This document shows, piece by piece, positions 36,514 through 45,893 of a stretch of 64,000 nt of DNA. Source of the DNA: Eledone cirrhosa. Taxonomy: Eukaryota. The position numbers were made by a program, and so were the translations under genes. Position 1 is the first letter of the stretch, and the number at the start of each line of letters is the position of its first letter. The stretch spans positions 93,372,001-93,436,000 of the forward strand of contig OZ024744.1 of the NCBI GenBank assembly GCA_964016885.1, read 5' to 3'. The notes beneath the pieces were generated by a model, which did not search any database, had not been told where the DNA came from, and worked only from the letters and a program-made list of their open reading frames with translations.

Positions 36514-39500
36514 GCAATAATAATAATAACGACAACAACAATAATAATATACATATTCATATATATATACACACACACGCACGCACATAAGCATATCTAC
36601 ACACACACACACACACACAAACACACGATAGCAACTAACAGTGCTGCGATCGAATGTGGCTTTTTAGCCCAGCCAATGATCTAAAATGTCTTGCACAGAG
36701 TCGGCAACCAAAACATTTACTGGGAATAGTCGGCTGTGGTTGGAGTTCGTGTACTTTTGCATGTCGCTTGAGTCCTCCTGCTGATTTACATTCTCTACCA
36801 CATGTTTGGCAAGCATGATGAGTAGCATCTCCAACAGCAGCCTGGTAGTCAACCACTGGTCTTACTTTATGACTGCGAAGATGACTTTCGAGTCCAGCTT
36901 TGCTTAGGCAGAGTCTCGCACAGACGCTGCATGTCAGAAACATAGGAGGACCCTCGCCGTCTGGAAGTGCAACAGCAATACCCTTCCTCACGTCCCGCTT
37001 TACTTTCTCGTGTGCGATTCGAGATGCCTCAAAGGCAACTTTTCCCTCATATACAGTCTTTCTCCATTTATTACGATCAGCAGCAATATTTTCCCATGTA
37101 TCAGCAGAGATGTTAGCGTCTCTCAGAGAGGCTTTCAAGGAATCCTTATACCTCTTTTTTGGTTTATGTGGCGGTCGTTTTCCTTTAACCAACTCTCCAT
37201 AGAAGAGTTGTTTTGGTATTCTAGAATCCTTCATCCTGGCAAGGTGACCACTCCAACGGAGTCGCTGCTTAAGCACAAGAGCTTCTATACTGTCACACAT
37301 AGAGCTTTCCAAAATCTCGACATCACTGATGTGGTCCCTCCAGCGAACGCCATGTATCCGTCTGAGACACATCTGATGGAAACGCTCCAATTGCTTAAGG
37401 TGGCGTCGATATGTGACCCAGGTCTCGCAGGCATAAAGAAGACAAGAGAGTACACATGCCCTGTACACCTTTACCTTTGTCCTCCTGCATATGTCTCGCC
37501 GACCCCAGAGTCGCCTTTCTAGCTTTCCGAAAGCATCACTTGCTTTCCTAATCCTAAGTGAGATTTCACCGTCAAGGTTGCCGTATCGATTGACAGTGCT
37601 TCCCAGGTAGACAAACTGATCAACCACTCCAAGTCGTTTGCCATACACACAGATGTTTGGTTCAGTGTACTGCCTACCAGGTGCAGGTTGGTACATGACG
37701 ACGGTTTTCTTGAGACTGACAGTCAAACCCAGGGCAGTGCAAGCGTCAGAAAATACATTCAAAATGTGCTGCATATCACTCTCTGTGTGCGCTACAAGAT
37801 CGCAATCATCTGCATACAAGAGGTCTCTTATGACTGATGTAAATACTTTTGTCTTCGCAGCAAAGCGCCTGATGTTAAATATGCTGCCTGAGGTTCGATA
37901 TCGGATGTAAACACCATGCTCGCAATTCCTGAATGCAATACAGAAAACCATTGCAAAGTATATGGCAAACAGGGTCGGTGCTGGAATATCCCCCTGTTTC
38001 ACTCCATTTTTTACTGAGATAGGCTCCGACATGTTACCTCCGACATTAACCCAAGCCTTCATGTCGTCATGGAAAGACCTAACTAAAGCAAGGAACTTAT
38101 CAGGGCAACCAAGTTTCTGGAGAACCTTCCATAATGCATCTCTGTTGACAGTATCGAAAGCCTTTGTCAGATCGACAAAAACCTGATACAGATCCAAGCC
38201 CTGTTCAATGCACTTCTCCTGGAGCTGTCTAGCTGAGAAGATCATATCAGTAGTGCCGCGTCCAACACGAAAACCAGATTGACTTTCAGGAAGGACACAA
38301 TCTGCAATGTGTGTCAGCAGACGGTCCAGAAGCACCCTACATAAAACTTTCCCCACGACAGAAAGCAATGATATACCTCTGTAGTTCCCACAATCATTCC
38401 TGTTACCCTTTCCCTTGTACAAGACCACCATTACTGCATCTCTCCAGTCCTCAGGCACGGATTCATTAGCCCATATCCCTCCAAACAGAGAGTGAAGATG
38501 TTGCAGGAGTCTCTCACCACCATATTGTAGGAGCTCAGCATGTATGCCATCCATACCTGGAGTTCTTCCACTGTTCAACTTCGAAATAGCCACTGCAACC
38601 TCCACAAGTGTCGGAGGTTCTGCGAGAGCTACTTTCACAGGACTTTCCGGAATGAGATTGAGGAAATCTTCACTGACGACAGACGGCTGATTCAAAAGAT
38701 CATCAAAGTGCTCTCGCCACCTTCGTAGAATTCCCTGTGAGTCACGAAGAAGTTCTTTGCCATCCTTGCTGCGAATCGGTGTCACCAGAGAAGAAGACGG
38801 TCCATAAACCTCACGCAAGAGACTGTACAACAGCTTTGTGTTATTGCAATCAGACGCAGTTTGTATCTCACCAGCCTTCTCACTCCACCACTGATCCTTC
38901 ATCTGAGAAAGACTCCGCCTAACACGTGATTTTACATCCCTGAGCTCCTCATGCAACGTATTCCTCTCCTGTGGTTTTGCCGTCAAGTAGCGTGACAGAG
39001 CGCGCCTCTTATCAGCCAACAAGTCATCTATATGCACATCTTTCTCATTAAACCAGTCCTGATGTTTTCTCTGCACCAATCCCAGAACACGTCTGCCTAC
39101 ATCATAAACCGACTTTTTAAGGGTCGGCCAATCCTCACCAAGATCTGCAGCCTGCATCTCTTCTTCCAATGTCCTCTTCACATTTTTATCCTTAAGACGA
39201 GCAGCATTCAATCTTTTGGGCAGGGTAACACCAGGAGCCCGGATTTTACGTTTGGTGATTAGATTCACTTTTGCGCGTACCAGGCGGTGGTCCGTCCAGC
39301 ACTCAGCTCCACGAAGAACACGAACACACCGCACATCCTGTCTGTCACGCATCCTGACTAGGACGTAGTCCAAAAGATGCCATTCCTTAGATGCAGGATG
39401 CATCCATGTGGTCTTGAATTTGTTCTTTTGTTGGAACATGGTGTTGGTAACACACAGATCCAGCTCCTCACACATCTGCAGCAAGAGCATACCATTGCTG

Positions 39501-40177
39501 TTACACTTTCCCACCCCATGCCTTCCGATTACATTCCATGTGTTAAAATCCCTACCCACTCTAGCATTAAAGTCACCAAGCACGATGACTTTGTCTGCCT
39601 GAGGGATATTTCTTAAAACAGCTTTCAAGGCATGGTAAAAGGACAGTTTTTCTTCATCGACAGAATTCATAGTTGGAGCATACACACTCACCAGGGTAGC
39701 ATATCTTCCCCTGTCCAGCGGAACTCTCATGGACATAAGACGCTCACTAATCCCCACTGGGAATTCTTCTAATTTATTCACCAGTACAGTCTTAACAGCA
39801 AATCCTACCCCAGCCTCTCTTCTGGTTCCTTCATCTCTTCCTTTCCAGAAGAATGTATATTCTCCACAAAATTCCGTAAGATGACCATCTCCAGCTAACC
39901 TCGTCTCAGACAAAGCCACGATGTCAAGATCGTAACGTCGAAGCTCCTTTGCAACAAGAGCGGTCCTTCGTTCAGGACGCTCCAAAGAATCCCTGTCAAG
40001 CAGCGTCCGTACGTTCCAGCAGCCAAGACTAAATGCCCTGTTTGGCTCTATTACAATGGCACGATGACGGGCGGGCCCAGGTTGTGATAACTTGGGGCCC
40101 CTGCCCTTATTGCCAATGATCTTTTTTGTTCCAGAACCCAAATTGGCAATTATCTCGTTTACATTGTTCTGGAACAT
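36168..40177 (-). mobile_element. RTE-clade LINE with uninterrupted ORF, microsatellite-expanded 3' UTR and (TATG)n tail
   Basis: ORF described in the next entry. After the stop come (TG)/(TA)/(TTA)/T tracts, then the conserved terminus tattgtgcaatggccatactcgataacgagggggcagccatcATG(TATG)n. Confidence 0.92.
36635..40177 (-). CDS. RTE LINE polyprotein: APE endonuclease, reverse transcriptase, three C-terminal C2H2 zinc fingers (~1180 aa)
   Basis: APE motifs WNVRTL, ALSETR, YAPT, GDFNARVG, LDY and TDH. RT motifs QSGFR, FVDLTKAFD, GVKQG, YADD and YLGS. Fingers CSVC..HLRSH, CQTC..HAKVH and CRLC..HIRSQH. No internal stops. The start is placed at ATG 40177 because upstream codons are microsatellite. 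Confidence 0.93.
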   Translation of the reverse strand: MFQNNVNEIIANLGSGTKKIIGNKGRGPKLSQPGPARHRAIVIEPNRAFSLGCWNVRTLLDRDSLERPERRTALVAKELRRYDLDIVALSETRLAGDGHLTEFCGEYTFFWKGRDEGTRREAGVGFAVKTVLVNKLEEFPVGISERLMSMRVPLDRGRYATLVSVYAPTMNSVDEEKLSFYHALKAVLRNIPQADKVIVLGDFNARVGRDFNTWNVIGRHGVGKCNSNGMLLLQMCEELDLCVTNTMFQQKNKFKTTWMHPASKEWHLLDYVLVRMRDRQDVRCVRVLRGAECWTDHRLVRAKVNLITKRKIRAPGVTLPKRLNAARLKDKNVKRTLEEEMQAADLGEDWPTLKKSVYDVGRRVLGLVQRKHQDWFNEKDVHIDDLLADKRRALSRYLTAKPQERNTLHEELRDVKSRVRRSLSQMKDQWWSEKAGEIQTASDCNNTKLLYSLLREVYGPSSSLVTPIRSKDGKELLRDSQGILRRWREHFDDLLNQPSVVSEDFLNLIPESPVKVALAEPPTLVEVAVAISKLNSGRTPGMDGIHAELLQYGGERLLQHLHSLFGGIWANESVPEDWRDAVMVVLYKGKGNRNDCGNYRGISLLSVVGKVLCRVLLDRLLTHIADCVLPESQSGFRVGRGTTDMIFSARQLQEKCIEQGLDLYQVFVDLTKAFDTVNRDALWKVLQKLGCPDKFLALVRSFHDDMKAWVNVGGNMSEPISVKNGVKQGDIPAPTLFAIYFAMVFCIAFRNCEHGVYIRYRTSGSIFNIRRFAAKTKVFTSVIRDLLYADDCDLVAHTESDMQHILNVFSDACTALGLTVSLKKTVVMYQPAPGRQYTEPNICVYGKRLGVVDQFVYLGSTVNRYGNLDGEISLRIRKASDAFGKLERRLWGRRDICRRTKVKVYRACVLSCLLYACETWVTYRRHLKQLERFHQMCLRRIHGVRWRDHISDVEILESSMCDSIEALVLKQRLRWSGHLARMKDSRIPKQLFYGELVKGKRPPHKPKKRYKDSLKASLRDANISADTWENIAADRNKWRKTVYEGKVAFEASRIAHEKVKRDVRKGIAVALPDGEGPPMFLTCSVCARLCLSKAGLESHLRSHKVRPVVDYQAAVGDATHHACQTCGRECKSAGGLKRHAKVHELQPQPTIPSKCFGCRLCARHFRSLAGLKSHIRSQHC

Positions 40178-40230
40178 ACATACATACATACATACATACA
40201 CACATACATACCTTCATACATACATACATA

Positions 40231-40473
40231 CATGATGATTGTAAACTCTGCTAAAAGTACTGCAATCACTGTCAGATTATAGAGTTTGGTGCACTTTTAG
40301 GCTATGGCCAGCCACACAAACCTGTCACACATCCCGAACAAGCAATGCCTGTGATTTGAAGGTTTTTTTTAAGTGGGGAAAGGCCCTGCACTCGACCAAT
40401 CCCACTCTCTGAGCATCAAAAACACTACCCGAAAAGGAGAACTGGTCAACATCATCGGATGTTTCCAAAACTG
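40231..40473 (-). mobile_element. Bipartite non-autonomous RTE derivative with (TATG)n tail at 40178-40230
   Basis: The head gatgatgttgaccagttct...ctcagagagtgggattgg...cacttaaaaaaaaccttca matches 14993-15090. The end gtacttttagcagagtttacaatcatcATG aligns with gtactcgaaaacgagttggcagccaccATG. Confidence 0.7.
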
Positions 40474-41870
40474 CATACATGCATTCATACATACATAACA
40501 TACATACATAACATACATACGCACATACATACATACATAACATACATACGCACATACATACATACATACATACATACATACATACATACATACATACATG
40601 CATTCATACATACATACATAACATACATACATGCATTCATACATACATACATAACATACATACATACACACATACATAACATACATACTTACATACGTAC
40701 ATACATGCATTCATACATACATACATACATACATGCATTCATACATACATACATACATACATACATACATACATACATACATACATACATACATACATAC
40801 ATACATACATACATACATACATGCATTCATACATACATACATAACATACATACATGCATTCATACATACATACATAACATACATACATGCATTCATACAT
40901 ACATACATACATGCATTCATGCATTCATACATACACACATACATAACTTACATACACACATACATACATACATACATTCATACATACATACTTAACATAC
41001 ATACATGCATTCATACATACATACATAACATTCATACATGCATTCATACATACATAACATACATGCATTCATACATACATACATAACATACATACATGCA
41101 TACATACATGCATTCATGCATTCATACATACACAAATACATAACATACATACACACATACATACATACATACATACATACATACATACATACATTCATAC
41201 ATACATACATAACATACATACATGCATTCATACATACATACATAACATACATACATGCATTCATACATACATACATAACATACATACGCACATACATACA
41301 TACATGCATTCATGCATTCATACATACACACATACATAACATACATACACACATACATACATACATGCATTCATACATACATACATAACATACATACGCA
41401 CATACATACATACATGCATTCATGCATTCATACATACACACATACATAACATACATACACACATACATACATACATACATAACATACATACATACATACA
41501 TACATGCATTCATACATACATACATACATACATACACACATACATACATACATACATGCATGCATTCATACATACATACATACATACATACATACATACA
41601 TACATACATACATAACATACATACGCACATACATACATACATGCATTCATACATACATACATACACACATACATACATACATACATACACACATACATAC
41701 ATACATACATAAACACATACATACATACATACATACATACATAACATACATAACATACATACATACCTTCATACATACATACATACATACATACATACAC
41801 ACATACATACATGCATTCATACATACATAACATTCACACACACATACATACATACATACATACATACATA
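40474..41870. repeat. 1.4 kb (CATA)n array with recurrent variants (catgcatt, cataa, cgca)
   Basis: Direct reading. Confidence 0.95.
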
Positions 41871-42153
41871 CAAATCCAGTATCCAAGATACACCTTTAGC
41901 TTCATACCCATCATTATTGGTGCTACGGGTTATATACCAACCCGCTTGGACCAAAGTATGACTGAACTTGGATTTGCGGACAAAGAGCGCAGCTCCCTAA
42001 TTCATAGTCTACAAATGGCTGCGATAGCTGGCACCTTCAAAATTTGCAAAACATTCTTGCGATTCAAGGAATGAAAATTTCTTTTCTTTTATAACCTTGC
42101 CACCAGGAAGGTGGCCGGTCAAAAAAATATACTCGAAATTAAGAGAAAGAGAT
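41871..42153 (+). mobile_element. 5'-truncated R4/Dong-like LINE 3' end embedded in (CATA)n
   Basis: QIQYPRYTFSF...TFLRFKE* plus 3' UTR, near-identical to the reverse complement of 3513-3796. (CATA)n lies on both sides. Confidence 0.92.
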
Positions 42154-42288
42154 TACATACATACATACACTGAAACAACTACTGGGATCAAATGAATCCA
42201 CTAAACCCTTGAATGTGGTGCTGAAGCATGTCCACAGTCAAATGACTGAAGCCAATACAATAAAATATAAGAAAATGAAAAGAAAATA

Positions 42289-42360
<72 letters not shown>

Positions 42361-42926
42361 AAGATCTAGGTGTCGAAATGGCCGGAGCTCAGCCGTCGGG
42401 GTCCTGACTCTTTTCATATATATATATGTGCATGTGTGTATATATGTGCGTGTGTGTGTATACATTCATATATAAAATAATTTTAAACAATATATAGCTA
42501 TATCAATTGAGAGACAAACCAGGCTTTAATACATATATATACACATAGAAACAAATACAATTTAAGGTGTAAAACATTACACACATAACGAATAAACTAT
42601 CTTTGAATGGCCAAACTTCCACTGTATATATACACACACACACACATATATATATATACATATATAAGCAGAAGGCATATCCAATTTGTTGGTAATTCAA
42701 CAAATATAAATGTTTATAACTGATTCAGAGCACTCAACAGATTTTCTGAGTATAATATACAATGATATTAAATAATGGAAACTATTTATAAAACCATATT
42801 TATTCTATTATATATATTTCAATGGTACCAAAAATTTATATATATATACATGTATCATCATCATCATCATCATCACCGTTTTACGTCCGTTCTTCCACGC
42901 TAGCATGGGTTATATATATTCATGTA

Positions 42927-43262
42927 TATTGGAACCTTGTTTGATGAACGCCTCTCATTATGAAGAAATTGGTTCATGAATAATTTTTCCAAACACAAAA
43001 CGTTTCGCTTGACGAATGGTGTCTCAAGTAATGAAGATGCAAACCAGCAACAATGGTTAGTGACAAGCTGGGGAGTATCGGTGGGAAAGTGTAATTAGTT
43101 ACTATGGTTATATCTATCTGTCTTTCACACACACACTCTCTCTCTCTCACTGTATTTCTCTCTCAACATTTGGTATGGGGAAAATAGTTTCAGTTTACGA
43201 ACAATTTCTGATGATGAACGGCTTTCAGGAAAGATTTAAGTTCACGAACCGAGGTTCCACTG
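42927..43262. mobile_element. pogo/Tigger-like Tc1/mariner MITE
   Basis: TA|tattggaaccttgtttgatgaac ... gttcacgaaccgaggttccactg|TA gives degenerate CAGTGGAACCTCG TIRs with a TA TSD. Confidence 0.7.
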
Positions 43263-43274
43263 TATAAGAATAAA

Positions 43275-43426
43275 ATAATTGTTTCTACATTTGGTACAAG
43301 GCCAGCAATTACCCCCAGTGTATTACTGGTGCTTTATTTAACCTCGACGAGATTTGAACTCAGAACGTAAAGGGCCGTAACTCTATGCTGCAAAGCATGG
43401 TGTCAGACCATCTACCGATACTGCCT
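43275..43426 (-). mobile_element. Internally deleted tRNA-SINE copy
   Basis: gatttgaactcaga..aaagggccgtaactctatgc..ctaccgatactgcc matches the cluster family. Confidence 0.75.
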
Positions 43427-43459
43427 ATAAGAATAAAATAATAAAAGAATATACCATAC

Positions 43460-43844
43460 CTCTCCATCAACTTGTTCTTTGAGAAATGTCACTATACCAG
43501 CACGGACTCTATTCCTTATAACCCTCGAACCGTTCCTTTGGCACTAGTAATCCGGATCTCCTGTAGAGAATTTGGATCTGACCGTCTCTGCGACCAACAA
43601 AAATACTTTCCGTCAGAGGCAGGGACTTTATGGTGTTCATATTGAACCAAGAACTCGCCGGTTTCTGTGGAATCGAATTCTTCTGTTTGTATAGACTATT
43701 ACTGTTAAGTTTGGAATAGTTTTTCTCAACTAAGGATTTCACGGAACTTTTGTCTTGACCTTTGGTTTCTTGGTTTGAATTCTTATTGGCATATTTTTTA
43801 GAGCATGTATCCAAATTTCGGGAGTTATCCATTCCAAGTACCAT
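43460..43844 (-). CDS. Upstream (probably first) coding exon of the GRXCR-like gene, with apparent frameshifts
   Basis: Across frames it reads ...EIRITSAKGTVR/GYK/NRVRAGIVTFLKEQVDGE|gtatgg, matching the conserved GTVRG.KNRVRAG..TF motif of CG31559-like GRXCR proteins. The phase-0 donor at 43459 fits the phase-0 acceptor at 8584. The ATG at 43844 is tentative. Confidence 0.75.
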
Positions 43845-44362
43845 AAATTCTACAAATTATATTGTTATTTTAAGGTTTTTTTTTCTTTTCCTACTAAAAA
43901 ATTAGATGTTTATTGTGTTGTTTTTTTTCTTTGTTTTTTTTTTTGTTATTTTAATTTTTGTTTTTTTTTTGACGGGTGGGTTCTGTAAAACAAGTTTTCT
44001 GGAGTTTTTCACGATTAAGATGATATAAAACTTTTGTTTTATTTTTTGTATATTAAAATATATTCGAAATCCATATATTGATCTCCTCTACTATATTGAA
44101 GTCATGGATGATAGATTTTTTTTTTGTCTTGTTTTATTTATTTATTTTTTTTTTTTGTGTGTTTTTTGGTAAAATTCTTTATGAGTATCTAATTAAGTTT
44201 TAGCATGGCAATTAATCGTCATTATATTTGATGTTGCTTTCACTTTTTTTTTTTAGTACTCTTTGTCTTTGATTGTTATACCTTACGTGTTTTTTTAACT
44301 CAAAATTCTTCAACATGCTTCTTCTCAAAATGTCTCTTCATTTAAATGGTTAGGTTCATTAA

Positions 44363-44577
44363 CCCTTTAGCATTTAAACCAGCCATATCCAGCCAGAATT
44401 CTCTCACCTCTTTCTGTACAAACTGGTTGTAACTGGCCACTCATACTTATGTTAAGGTATTGTTCTCAAAATAAATAATATCAAAATCTCATAGATTTGA
44501 TATTATGTGAGATAATTATGTGAAGTAAAACTGTGAAAATATTATAGTAAATACAGAGTAATGTAAATGCTAAAGGG
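44363..44577 (+). mobile_element. Complete piggyBac-type MITE (best-preserved copy)
   Basis: Perfect TTAA|CCCTTTAGCATTTA ... TAAATGCTAAAGGG|TTAA. Confidence 0.9.
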
Positions 44578-44857
44578 TTAAAATTCTGATTCGGGTTTTT
44601 GTGTTTTGATTTTTGATTTTTCTGTATGTAAGAAAGATTTCATTATTGTTTTGTTCCTTCTTTTTTTTTTTTTTTGGTCCTTCAGTTGTTTGGTAAATTG
44701 GGTTTGATAGTAATTTGGTTTGTTGGTTCGTTAGTTCTTTGGTTTCGTTGGTTTAGGTTTGTTTTGTTGTTTGTTAATTGGTGGTGATTCTTATTTTTTT
44801 GCTTTCATCAAGACTGTGTGTGGGGTGAAACTATTATTTCTTTGGACCTCTGAATGA

Positions 44858-45632
44858 CGAAAAGAAAAGAAAAGAAAAGAAAAGAAAAGAAATAAAAAAG
44901 AAATTAAAAAGAAATGAAAGGGAAATGAAAAGAAAAAGAAAAAGAAAAAGTGGTGTGAGACAAAGTAAGTGATAGGAGAGGAGAGAGGAGAGGAGAGGAG
45001 AGAAAAGGAGAGGAGAGGAGGGGGAGAGAAGAGAGGAGAGGTGATAGGAGATGAGAGAGGAGATAGGAGAGGAGGAGAGAGGAGAGAGGAGAGGAGAGGA
45101 GAGAAGATAGGAGACAGGAGAGGAGAAGGAAATGTAGGAGAACGAAAAAGAAGAGGAATGTGTGAGGGGATGAGTAGAGGTGATGGTGAGGAGGCGGAAG
45201 AGGGGGTGACTAGAAGGAAGATGGAAGGAGGAGGAGGAGGAGGAGGAGAAGAAGAAGAAGAAGAAGAAGAAGAAGAAGAAGAAGAAGAAGAAGAAGAAGA
45301 AGAAGAAGAAAAGGGGTAGAAGAAAAAGAAGGTAGAAGAAGAAGAAAAAAAAAGAAGGAGGAGGAGGAGGAGGAGAAGAAGAAGAAGAAGAAGAAGAAGA
45401 AGAAGAAGAAGGAGAAGAAGAAGAAAAGGGTAGAAGAAAAAGATGGTAGAAGAAGAAGAAAAGAAGAAGAGAAGAAGAAGAAGAAAAAGAAGAAGAAGAA
45501 GGAGAAGAAGAAAAGGGTAGAAGAAAAAGAAGGTAGAAGAAGAAGAAAAAGGTAGAAGAAAAAGAAGAAAAAGGTAGAGAAAAAAAGAAGAAGAAGAAGA
45601 AGAAGACGAAGAAGAAGAAGAAGAAGAAGAAG

Positions 45633-45664
<32 letters not shown>

Positions 45665-45677
45665 GAAGAAGAAGAAG
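44858..45677. repeat. Polypurine tract: (GAAAA)n, (GGAGA)n, (GAA)n
   Basis: Direct reading. Confidence 0.9.
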
Positions 45678-45893
45678 ATAACAACAACAAAAGCAACAAA
45701 AATACAGTTATAATACAACAACAATATATAAAAAAAAAACACATCCAATAAAGAAAATATATTGATTGTCTTAGAGGGAGACTAGAAACATCCTTGGAAG
45801 ACAAATAAATATTGACATAACAAGTGTTTTTAACTTTCCACACCGACACATGACTATAGAGATATAAAGATATATAGAGAACTGATTGAACTA

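Noticed and set aside
40325-41886. MYVC/HTYI repeat ORFs
   Set aside because: Translations of (TATG)n/(CATA)n.
42360-42412. Possible hammerhead half (gat..gtc-gaaa-tggccg)
   Set aside because: The CUGANGA part is absent and the segment is too short to support.
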